Shown here in pieces: positions 7,762 to 15,829 of a DNA stretch of 64,000 nucleotides. The notes beneath the pieces are model-generated. The model saw nothing but the letters and a program-made list of their open reading frames with translations. It was not told the DNA's origin and searched no databases. The stretch comes from Anaerolineae bacterium (lineage in GTDB: Bacteria > Chloroflexota > Anaerolineae > Epilineales > Epilineaceae): NCBI GenBank assembly GCA_034432155.1, contig DAOUCP010000043.1, positions 4,878 to 68,877 on the forward strand, in the 5' to 3' direction. The first letter of the stretch is position 1; every line of letters begins with the position of its first letter. The position numbers and the translations under genes were made by a program.

Positions 7762-9936
7762 TCAGCGCGAGTTGCGGACGTACGGCAGGTGCACGCTTCC
7801 CGGCCCGCTACGGGCCCAGTCCCAGGCGAATACGGCGCTAAGCGCGTGGTGCAAGGACTCCGACTCGACTTCGATGGCCACCTCGAGATTGGCCTTGTGC
7901 GACATCTCGCTACCGTTCAGGCTGCCGATGTGGCTCCAGTACTCGGTGGTTGCAGCGTGCCATCGGCTGCTGGGTGCGTCGGCCGCGGCGTGCAAGGAGA
8001 GGAGCACCATCTTGTTGTGCAAGCCGCCGCCCGTGGGATTGCCAGTGCGCGCTTCGAGGGCCAGCGATTCGGCCGTCGCCACCCGGTTGAGTTCGGCGCA
8101 GACGGCGGCGTTGCTGTCAGCCGCCAACGGATCGTCGAAGTGAGCGTCCAGGAGGATGCGCACCCAAGCTCCCCGACGGGCGGCGGCCAGGTAGCCGGCC
8201 AGGCGCAGATTGACTGCCGCTGCGCCATCGCTGGCCGGCTCACCCCACCACGGCGTCTCGCGCAATTGCTCGACCAGGATCTCGTCGCCGGCGCCAGCTT
8301 GTGCCAGCAGACCCAGCAGCCCGTCGCGACCGTCCAGCGCGCTCTCGGGTGCCGAGAGCAGCCGGAAGCGAAACCGGCCGACAAACACCTTTGGCTGCGG
8401 CGCGATGGGGAGGTATCCTGTGCCGCCGCCCTCGCGACTGGGGAGGTAGTCAGGCAGGGGTGCGCCGCGCACCGGGTCCCGCGGCTGGAAAGGGCGCACG
8501 TCGGCGTGGCGGTCTGGCGCCAGATCGTGCGTCATGAGGTCGCGAAGCCAGGTCACAACGCCAGGAGCATCCGTTGCCAGATAGACGCCCCGGCGACCGG
8601 CGGTGCCATTGCTCCGATCATCGTTCGGGGCGGACCCGAGGCTGAAGTTCTCCGAGCCGATGAGTGCCAGCCGCCCGTCGATCACGGCCACCTTGGCGTG
8701 GGCGCCCCGGTAGCGGCGCCGGACCTCTCCGCCATCGTCATGCCAATAGACTTCGCCGCCGGCTGAAGCGATCGTCGCGGCGCACCACCGTTCGTTGGCG
8801 TCGATACCGCCGGCGGGATTCCCGTCCAGGAGCAGCCGCACGCGAATGCCTGACGCTGCCCGCTCGGCAAGCACCTCGGCCAGCTCCGGCTGATCCATGG
8901 TGTAAAGCATGAGGTCGATGGTTCGTTGCGCCGAGCGGAGGTGGCGCGCCAGGAAGTCGTGCAGGTGGTCTGGTGCGATGGCCAGCTCGAGGCGAGCCCA
9001 CTCGTCGACGTTGGTGGGGCGCAGCAAGGTCTCCAGGTCCCAGCCGGGAAACCGGACCCGACGGCCGAGCCAGGGATCGCCCCGATCGGATGCCCAGTCC
9101 GTCGCCCGATCGGTGTCGGCCACTGGCCGCCTCGTTCGCGGGTCCAGCTTGCGATAGAGAACCTGGTGGGCGCTCGAGACGTTTGCGAGACGATAGGCGG
9201 TCACCGGGGCACCAATCCAGCCATCCGAGGGGCTATCCTGACCATAGACGACGGCGTCGCTCGTCTGACCTCGTGCATCGAGGAGGGTGACCACCCCACC
9301 GCCATTGGCAAGGGTTGGGCCGCCGGCGGTGGTCACGAGCCTTGGGACGACCCCTTGGCCGCTGTCCGTGTCAGCCTTCCACGACCAGTCTGGTGACGCG
9401 CCGAAGGACCGGCGAAAAGCCTCTGCACTGTGAGCCAACCACTGCCACTTGCCGGCCCCAATGCGTGCGCCCGACGGGAACGCAGCGCTCCCCCTGCCGG
9501 ACGTGACCTGCCAACCGGTGAGATCGACGTCCTCGTCGCTGAGGTTCCAGATCTGCAGCGCCTCGTCCTGGTCGTTCGCGGCGTAGCCGTCGGCGAACAC
9601 GGCGCTGATCCGAACCACGGGTTCTGTGCTTGACCACCGCTCGGCCCCTGTTGCGGGGGCTCCGGCGGCCCCGGCGGTGGACGCGGGCCAGCGCTGGCGT
9701 GCCGCCATGCTGCCGGCCGCGTCGAGGCGGTGGCTGAGGGAAGTGCTGGCGCTGGGCGGTGTCGCCAAGTTCAGAAGGAAGGCGGCAGTCACCACTCCGG
9801 AGGCGACCGAGGACGCGATCGATGGCTTGAGGAGCTGCCAGGCTGGCCTTTTCGTCCTTCGGTGCGGAAACAGGTGTGGCCTCGCTTCTGCGGGTGGCGC
9901 GCTGCGAGCGCGTGCGTTGCCCAGGTCGGCGGCCAA
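7762..9936 (-). CDS. Secreted lamin-tail-domain (LTD) + phospholipase D-like (two HKD motifs) protein, nuclease/phosphodiesterase-like
   Basis: Signal peptide SVASGVVTAAFLLNLA. LTD-like segment VVRISAVFADGYAANDQDEALQIWNLSDEDVDLTGWQV. HKD motifs HAKVAVIDGRLALIGSENFS and HNKMVLLS. Confidence 0.65.
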   Translation of the reverse strand: MAADLGNARARSAPPAEARPHLFPHRRTKRPAWQLLKPSIASSVASGVVTAAFLLNLATPPSASTSLSHRLDAAGSMAARQRWPASTAGAAGAPATGAERWSSTEPVVRISAVFADGYAANDQDEALQIWNLSDEDVDLTGWQVTSGRGSAAFPSGARIGAGKWQWLAHSAEAFRRSFGASPDWSWKADTDSGQGVVPRLVTTAGGPTLANGGGVVTLLDARGQTSDAVVYGQDSPSDGWIGAPVTAYRLANVSSAHQVLYRKLDPRTRRPVADTDRATDWASDRGDPWLGRRVRFPGWDLETLLRPTNVDEWARLELAIAPDHLHDFLARHLRSAQRTIDLMLYTMDQPELAEVLAERAASGIRVRLLLDGNPAGGIDANERWCAATIASAGGEVYWHDDGGEVRRRYRGAHAKVAVIDGRLALIGSENFSLGSAPNDDRSNGTAGRRGVYLATDAPGVVTWLRDLMTHDLAPDRHADVRPFQPRDPVRGAPLPDYLPSREGGGTGYLPIAPQPKVFVGRFRFRLLSAPESALDGRDGLLGLLAQAGAGDEILVEQLRETPWWGEPASDGAAAVNLRLAGYLAAARRGAWVRILLDAHFDDPLAADSNAAVCAELNRVATAESLALEARTGNPTGGGLHNKMVLLSLHAAADAPSSRWHAATTEYWSHIGSLNGSEMSHKANLEVAIEVESESLHHALSAVFAWDWARSGPGSVHLPYVRNSR

Positions 9937-10237
9937 TCCGTCGCTGCCGCCGCTCCGACAGCAAGGGGCGTCCGGTCGTTGGCCAGCCGCCGCTTCCTCT
10001 CGAGCCTACCGCATCGGTTGCGCCTGCGGGATGCTGGAGGCGCCGTGGCGGCGACAAGAATGCGCCACCGATCGGAGGGCACAGGGGCAACGGCCCACGC
10101 GGGAACGGATCGCCTCCGCGCCATCGTCAAAGCTCTGGCCAGGGAATCGGCGCCAGCTCTAGCCAATGATCCTTTGGTGCTAAAGCTTGTTCTGCGGGAC
10201 GATGGCATGGTCCGAGACGGGCGTGCGCTGCTACCTC

Positions 10238-10342
10238 CGTGCCGGGGACATGCCGCACAGGGCTCCTGCATCCATGCCGGGGACACGCGGCACAGGACTC
10301 TCGCGCCCATGCCAGGTACATCGGGCACAGGTCCCGTGCTCT
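10238..10342. repeat. Three tandem imperfect 35-bp direct repeats (CATGCCGGGGACAYGCSGCACAGGRCTC...)
   Basis: The three units lie at 10238-10272, 10273-10307 and 10308-10342. They sit inside a ~640-bp gene-free region (9937-10581) upstream of the sigma-54 activator gene. Confidence 0.7.
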
Positions 10343-10554
10343 CATGATGACGAGAAAGCCCACGACGATTCGTTTGAAGAGTTCGGCGACCTACACCTGT
10401 GTTTCCTTGCATATTGACTCGAGTTTCATGCTAGTCGACTGTATCTGGAACAGTACTCGAGACGGATCATCGACGGTGAAAGCCTGACGTGCTCCACTGA
10501 CCTCTCCAGTCGGTGCCATCTGTGACCGGTGGAGCGCCGCCTAACCCGGCCGTC

Positions 10555-10568
10555 GGGGCACGGCTATA
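10555..10568 (+). promoter_or_regulatory. Candidate promoter -10 element GGCACGGCTATAAT, 13 nt upstream of activator start codon
   Basis: Exact 14-mer shared with the minus strand at 4797-4812. The short leader suggests a leaderless or near-leaderless transcript. Confidence 0.4.
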
Positions 10569-10581
10569 ATGCCAGGCGGGC

Positions 10582-11961
10582 ATGGCGCGACGCATTCTCG
10601 TCGTTGACGACGATCCGGCGATTCGGGAGCTGATTCGCGAGTTCCTGGCGGATGGGCAGACCGAAGTGGCGGAGGCCGAGACCGGCGGCCAGACGATTGC
10701 CCGGCTTGCTGCCGAGCCGCCCGATCTGGTCCTCTTGGACATGTTGCTGCCGGACATGGACGGTCTGGAGGTGCTGGCCCAGATCCGTTCGGCGGCGCCG
10801 ATTCCGGTTGTGGTCATTACCGCCGACTCGAGCGGCTCGCGCACCATTCGGGCGATGCAGGCCGGGGCCTACGACTACCTAGTCAAGCCCTTGGAGCCCG
10901 AACACGTGCGTCAGGTGGTCGATCGCGCGCTGGAGCACTTGCGGCTCTCGGACGAGGTGCGGGCCCTCCAAGACGCGTTGGCGACGCGCGACGTCCGTGA
11001 GCGGCTCGTCGGCAGCAGTCCGGCGATGCAGGAAGTCTACAAGCTGATCGGCCGCGTAGCCGCCAGCGGTGCGCCGGTGTTGATTGCCGGCGAAACGGGC
11101 ACCGGCAAGGAGCTGGTTGCCGAGACGATCCACCTGAGCTCGCCGCGGGCACGTGGGCCTTTGGTCCGTGTCAATTGCGCGGCGCTGCCGGAGACACTGC
11201 TCGAGAGCGAGCTCTTCGGCCATGAGAAGGGGGCGTTCACCGGTGCCATCGCCAGGCGCAAGGGCCGCTTCGAGCTGGCGGATGGCGGCACCATCTTCCT
11301 GGACGAGATCGGTGACCTCAACGCGAGCACTCAGAAGAAGCTGCTCCGGGTCCTTCAGTTCGGTGAGTTTGAGCGCGTGGGCGGGAGTGCGACCATCAAG
11401 ACGGATGTGCGGGTCGTCACGGCAACGAACAAGCAGCTCGAGCTGGAGGTGGCAGCCGGCCGCTTCCGGGAGGACCTGTACTATCGGCTGAACGTCATTC
11501 GCATCGACATGCCGCCGTTGCGCGAAAGGCGCGAGGACATCATCCCGTTGGTGGCGCATTTCCTTGACAAGTACCGGCGCGCTCCGGGCAGCCCACCGAC
11601 AAAGATCAGCCAGGAGGCCATGGATCTCCTGCTGGCCTATGACTGGCCGGGCAATGTCCGGCAGCTCGAGAACACGATCATGCGCGCCGTAGTCATGGCC
11701 AGCGAAGGCGTGATTGGACCCGAGCACCTCGACTGGACAGCGCCGCCAGCCAGTCCGCGGGAGTTCGATGTTGCCGAGCTGGCGCGGCGGGGCGTTTCGC
11801 TGCAACGGGCGCTGGCCGAGGTGGAGCGCGACCTGATCGCCGAAGTGCTGCGGCAGACAGGCGGCGATCACGCCGAGACAGCGCGTCGCCTGGGGATCTA
11901 TCGTGGCGTCTTGGAGGAGAAGCTGCGGGAATACGGGATCGGGAGGCCACAGCGCGCATGA
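10582..11961 (+). CDS. Sigma-54-dependent Fis-family response regulator (REC + AAA+ with GAFTGA + HTH; NtrC-like)
   Basis: MARRILVVDDDPAIRELI... REC; GETGTGKE Walker A; GHEKGAFTGA; ESELFGHEKGAF; the C-terminal HTH ends in ETARRLGIYRGVLEEKLREYGI. Confidence 0.9.
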   Translation: MARRILVVDDDPAIRELIREFLADGQTEVAEAETGGQTIARLAAEPPDLVLLDMLLPDMDGLEVLAQIRSAAPIPVVVITADSSGSRTIRAMQAGAYDYLVKPLEPEHVRQVVDRALEHLRLSDEVRALQDALATRDVRERLVGSSPAMQEVYKLIGRVAASGAPVLIAGETGTGKELVAETIHLSSPRARGPLVRVNCAALPETLLESELFGHEKGAFTGAIARRKGRFELADGGTIFLDEIGDLNASTQKKLLRVLQFGEFERVGGSATIKTDVRVVTATNKQLELEVAAGRFREDLYYRLNVIRIDMPPLRERREDIIPLVAHFLDKYRRAPGSPPTKISQEAMDLLLAYDWPGNVRQLENTIMRAVVMASEGVIGPEHLDWTAPPASPREFDVAELARRGVSLQRALAEVERDLIAEVLRQTGGDHAETARRLGIYRGVLEEKLREYGIGRPQRA

Positions 11962-13343
11962 GCCTGGAAATGGGCTACGGCCAGTACATGCAGATGCGGC
12001 CGTCGCCGAGCCTCATCCAGTTCACCGAGATCCTGGCGCTCTCAAGCCTGGACCTCGAAGCGCTGATCGAGGAGGCGGTGGATCAGAACCCGGCGCTTGA
12101 GCTGCACGAAGTCAGCGTGTGCCCGGCTTGTGGCGATCCCCTACTGGCCGATGGCAGTTGCTATCGCTGCCAGCGGGGCCTCGATCTGGCTCACCAGGCG
12201 GCGGGAGAGCTGGCCGAGCCGGAGGAGGAGACCCAAGACCCTTGGCTTCGCGTTGCCGACCAGCGGAGCCTGGCGGAGCACCTCATCGTCGAACTGGCCA
12301 CAGTGCTCGACGAGTCTGACCTGCCGATTGCCGAGCACCTCATCGGAGAGCTTAACGATCGAGGGTTTCTGGAAACACCGCTGTCGGCGCTCGCGGAGGC
12401 ACTCTCCGTGCCCCGAGAACGGGTGGCACGGGTGCTCACGGCTCTCCAGACGGTCGGCCCGGCCGGGATTGGCGCCCGTTCGGTGAGCGAGTGTCTGCTC
12501 TTGCAGCTCGAGCGATGGTCGGAGAGTGGCGTCGACCATCCACTGGCCCGAGCGATCGTATCGGACCATCTGCCCGCCCTGGCCCAGGGCAAGTACAGCC
12601 AGCTTGCCGAAGCCCTTGGCGTGTCCTACGAGGAGGTGCTCGCCGCGCGCGACTTCATTCGCTCACACCTGCGTCCCTATCCGATTGCCGAGCGCATCGA
12701 CCTGGAGCCGTGGCAGGGTGATCGCGGCACCGGTTTCGTGGCACCGGACATCATCGTTCGTCTCAAGGAAGATGACTCGGTGGACGTGGAAGTGGTCGAA
12801 TCGCGTCGCTACGCGCTATCCATCAGCCCGCTGTACCGCAACCTGGCGTCGCGTCTGGCGGCTGGCAGCGAACCGAGCGAGCTGGGTCTGGGCCGCGCGG
12901 ACGAGAGGCACGTCCGTCAGCAGGTCAGCCGCGCCGAGACGTTCCTGGCCCACATTCGGGAGCGGCGCGAGACCATTCGCCGCGTGGCGGTCTACGTCAT
13001 GGAGCGCCAGAAGGAGTATCTGCGCAAGGGACCACGCTACTTGAAGCCACTGACGCGGGCCGAAGTGGCCGAGGCGCTGGCTTTGCACGAATCGACCGTC
13101 AGTCGGGCCACGGCCGGCAAGTACGTATTGTTGCCCAGCCGTCACGTCGTGCTTTTCGCGGAGTTCTTCCGTGCCGCCCTGCCGGTCCATGACGTGCTCA
13201 AGGAGCTGGTGGCCAACGAGAGCCGACCGCTTTCGGATGCTGAGCTGGCGACCGAACTGCGGTCCCGTGGCTACCGTGTCGCACGCCGGACAGTCGCTAA
13301 GTACCGGGCACAGCTCGGCATTCTACCCTCGTCGCTGCGCTAG
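11958..13343 (+). CDS. rpoN: RNA polymerase sigma-54 factor with CxxC...CxxC zinc-ribbon-like insertion in region II
   Basis: Region I LIQFTEILALSSLDLEALIEEAVDQNPALE. Insertion CPACGDPLLADGSCYRCQ. RpoN box ARRTVAKYR near the C-terminus. The start ATG overlaps the activator stop (ATGA). Confidence 0.85.
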   Translation: MSLEMGYGQYMQMRPSPSLIQFTEILALSSLDLEALIEEAVDQNPALELHEVSVCPACGDPLLADGSCYRCQRGLDLAHQAAGELAEPEEETQDPWLRVADQRSLAEHLIVELATVLDESDLPIAEHLIGELNDRGFLETPLSALAEALSVPRERVARVLTALQTVGPAGIGARSVSECLLLQLERWSESGVDHPLARAIVSDHLPALAQGKYSQLAEALGVSYEEVLAARDFIRSHLRPYPIAERIDLEPWQGDRGTGFVAPDIIVRLKEDDSVDVEVVESRRYALSISPLYRNLASRLAAGSEPSELGLGRADERHVRQQVSRAETFLAHIRERRETIRRVAVYVMERQKEYLRKGPRYLKPLTRAEVAEALALHESTVSRATAGKYVLLPSRHVVLFAEFFRAALPVHDVLKELVANESRPLSDAELATELRSRGYRVARRTVAKYRAQLGILPSSLR

Positions 13344-13448
13344 ACCGAGCGACCCACCAGCCCCTACCGTGCCCCTCTTCGGCGGCCGTTGGGCCTGGGC
13401 ATGAGGCATGCCGCCCGGCGGCTCGCTGGCCGGGACGCCGGGAGGTGC

Positions 13449-13901
13449 TTACGACTCGAGGATCCAGCGGTCGAGGTCGCGGCCGTATTCGACGAAGTCC
13501 TCGGGCCGGAACCAGAGTGCCAGCTCCTCCTGGGCCGTCTCGGGCCCATCTGAGGCGTGAACCAGGTTGCGGCCAGTGCACAGGGCAAAGTCGGCGCGGA
13601 TGCTGCCGGCCGGCGATTCGGCCGGGCGCGTGTCGCCAACGGTCTTGCGTACCGCCTGGATCGCCCCCGGCCCCTCGACGGCCATAGCGACGACGGGGCC
13701 GGAGGTAAGGTAGCCGATGAGGCCCTCGAAAAAGGGCTTGCCCTCGTGAACCGCGTAGTGCTTCCGGGCGAGCTCAGCGCTGACGGTTGTCAGGCGTAAG
13801 GCGATGATCTTGAGCCCGCGGCGCTCAAAGCGCCCAATCAACTCGCCGATAAGACCTCGCTGCACGGCATCTGGCTTGAGAAGGATGAGGCTGCGTTCCA
13901 T
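13449..13901 (-). CDS. ndk: Nucleoside diphosphate kinase
   Basis: MERSLILLKPDAVQRGLIGELIGRFERRGLKIIALR...NLVHASD. The start was chosen at M34 of track ORF 13449..14000. Confidence 0.9.
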   Translation of the reverse strand: MERSLILLKPDAVQRGLIGELIGRFERRGLKIIALRLTTVSAELARKHYAVHEGKPFFEGLIGYLTSGPVVAMAVEGPGAIQAVRKTVGDTRPAESPAGSIRADFALCTGRNLVHASDGPETAQEELALWFRPEDFVEYGRDLDRWILES

Positions 13902-13945
13902 GGTACCTCGTCGCTTGCGTGTGGGGTGGGCGGACGATCCGTCGG

Positions 13946-14078
13946 TGATCTGCGTGCCAGCGCCGACCCCGTGGATGATGCGTCGATGATCTGCGTGCAT
14001 CCTCCGGGTAGGCCGACGCCGCGCCCAGGATCTTCGTGCGCGCTATGGCTCGGGGAATTATAGGGCCAGTGATCTTCG
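13946..14078. repeat. Four evenly phased (40-41 bp) copies of 12-mer TGATCT(G/T)CGTGC between ndk and the LysM-protein gene
   Basis: Copies lie at ~13946, 13987, 14027 and 14067. A possible degenerate fifth copy (TGTGATCGCGCGC) is near 14103. The array is flanked by a minus-strand TATAAT-like element (CCCTATAATTCC, ~14064..14059) oriented toward ndk. Confidence 0.65.
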
Positions 14079-14309
14079 TGCACGCTGTGGGGCAGAGCCA
14101 TGTCAGCTGTGATCGCGCGCGAGGCGGGCCCGTGCCAGCCGTGGCAGCGCGCGGGGCGGTTCCATGCCAGCCGCAGTCGTGCGTGAAGCCGCCTCACGCA
14201 GGGCATCCATGCAGAAGCGCGAGAGACTTGCGGCTGTGGGCTGCTCGGAGGGCGGCGAGGAGCCGTCGCCCTTGGCCAAGGCAACTTTCGTCTTAAGTTT
14301 CCTTATGTC

Positions 14310-14338
14310 TTGACATGACGCAAGAGTCATGGTACCAT
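14310..14338 (+). promoter_or_regulatory. Sigma-70-type promoter TTGACA-17-TACCAT with AT-rich upstream tract; spacer contains inverted repeat CATGAC-N6-GTCATG
   Basis: The only strongly AT-rich patch in the region. The -35 and -10 are near-consensus, ~100 nt upstream of the LysM-protein start. Confidence 0.5.
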
Positions 14339-14436
14339 GCCGGCGAACCGTGCGCCTTCGGCTTCCCGTCCCGCGTCCAGCGCGGGCCCCACCACGGTTG
14401 CGGTCGAGGCATCCGAGCGGCATGAAGGAGGTCAAC

Positions 14437-15612
14437 GTGAACCATCCGATGCGATCCCGCAAGTGCGTGGCGTTATCGGCTGCACTGCCTCTGGTGCTCG
14501 TCCTTGGCGGGGCACTGGCGAGCGCGCCATTGGCGAGGGCCGAGACGAAGGGTATGGCAACGACAGTCGCCGTCTCTCCGGCGCAACTGTCTCTGGAGTG
14601 CAAGGTCGACAAGCTTGTTGACATTCGCGTCAACGACGTGAAGGACTTGTACGGCGTTGATGTGAAGATCACGTTCAACCCAAACGTGCTCGAAGTCGTG
14701 GATGGGGATGCCGCCTTGCCCGGTATCCAAATCCAGCCTGGGAATCTCCCGGATACGACCGGCGGCCTTGGTTACATCCACACCAACAAGGCCGACAACA
14801 CGGCGGGGACCATCGAGTACGTCGCGGTGCGCAAGGCCCCGGCCGCACCGCAGTCGGGCAGCGGCGTGGTGGCTAGCATCACCTTCCGGGGCAAGGCAGC
14901 CGGGACGAGTCCGATCACCTTGGCGGCCGTGGTGCTGTCGAACCAGGTGGCCCAGCCCCTGCAGGCAGAGTTGGTGAGCGGTCAAGCGAATGTGACGTGC
15001 GCCGGCCCGACCAAGCCGCCGCCGCCCCAGACACCGGTGCCGCCCAAGCCGCCGGAGCCACCGAAGCCGCCCCTTCCGCCGCAGCCACCGGTGCCGCCCA
15101 AGCCACCGGCGGTGCCACCTGGCGGCTGTACCCACGTCGTGGCACCTTGTGAGACCTTGTACTCGATTGCCCGGCGCTACGGAGTCACCGTCACCGAGCT
15201 GGTGACGCTCAACGGAATCGTCGATCCGAACCGCATCTATGCGGGTCAGACGCTGGTCATTCCGCGCTGCGCTCCTCCCGTCCCACCTGTCCAGTGCATG
15301 GAGTATGTCGTGCAGCCCTGTGACACGCTGACCAGCATCGCGGCCCGCTATTGCGAATCGGTCTATGCCATCGCGGTCCGCAACGGCATCGTGAACCCTG
15401 ACTGCATCTTGGCTGGTCAAGTGATTCGGGTCTGCCCGGCGTGCGGCAGCGGCAAAGGACCAAGCTGCCGCACACAGTATGTGGTGCAGCCCTACGACAC
15501 GCTGTTCGGCATCTCGCTGCAGTTCGGTGTGCCGATGCAGGTGCTGGCTGACGCGAACGCCATCGCCAACCCGCATCTGATCTACGCCGGCCAGGTGTTG
15601 TGCATTCCCTAG
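14437..15612 (+). CDS. Secreted cell-wall-binding protein: cohesin-like domain, Pro-rich (PPKPPEPPKPP) linker, three LysM repeats
   Basis: A GTG start (VNHPMRSRKCVALSAALPLVLVLGGALASAPLARA) lies 7 nt after AGGAGG. The signal peptide is followed by three LysM-like repeats, each beginning with a conserved Cys (YVVQPCDTLTSIAARY...NGI, HVVAPCETLYSIARRY..., YVVQPYDTLFGISLQF...). Confidence 0.75.
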   Translation: MNHPMRSRKCVALSAALPLVLVLGGALASAPLARAETKGMATTVAVSPAQLSLECKVDKLVDIRVNDVKDLYGVDVKITFNPNVLEVVDGDAALPGIQIQPGNLPDTTGGLGYIHTNKADNTAGTIEYVAVRKAPAAPQSGSGVVASITFRGKAAGTSPITLAAVVLSNQVAQPLQAELVSGQANVTCAGPTKPPPPQTPVPPKPPEPPKPPLPPQPPVPPKPPAVPPGGCTHVVAPCETLYSIARRYGVTVTELVTLNGIVDPNRIYAGQTLVIPRCAPPVPPVQCMEYVVQPCDTLTSIAARYCESVYAIAVRNGIVNPDCILAGQVIRVCPACGSGKGPSCRTQYVVQPYDTLFGISLQFGVPMQVLADANAIANPHLIYAGQVLCIP

Positions 15613-15644
15613 ACGCATCGAAGGCGCGCAGTACGCCCTGAACT

Positions 15645-15680
15645 CGACAGCGGGGCCGCGTCCAGGCGGCCCCGCTGTCG
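15645..15680. terminator. Perfect 15-bp inverted repeat hairpin (CGACAGCGGGGCCGC-GTCCAG-GCGGCCCCGCTGTCG) between convergent genes; likely bidirectional terminator
   Basis: Sits in the 217-bp gap between the LysM-protein stop (15612) and the hutU stop (15830). No classical T-tract, as is common in high-GC genomes. Confidence 0.5.
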
Positions 15681-15829
15681 TCGAACCCCACGCAGCGGTC
15701 GGCCGGCACAGCACGGACCCAGGTCGCGCCGAGCGCGGCTGTCGGCGAGGAGCCGGGCAGGCGACGACGGCCGGGAACTCGGTCGGCCGCGACGAAAGGA
15801 GCCTCGGGAGCCGATGACGGCCGGGCGGT

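Noticed and set aside
13344-13448. Terminator between rpoN and ndk
   Set aside because: Only short GC palindromes (GCCGCCCGGCGGC). No convincing stem-loop was identified by eye.
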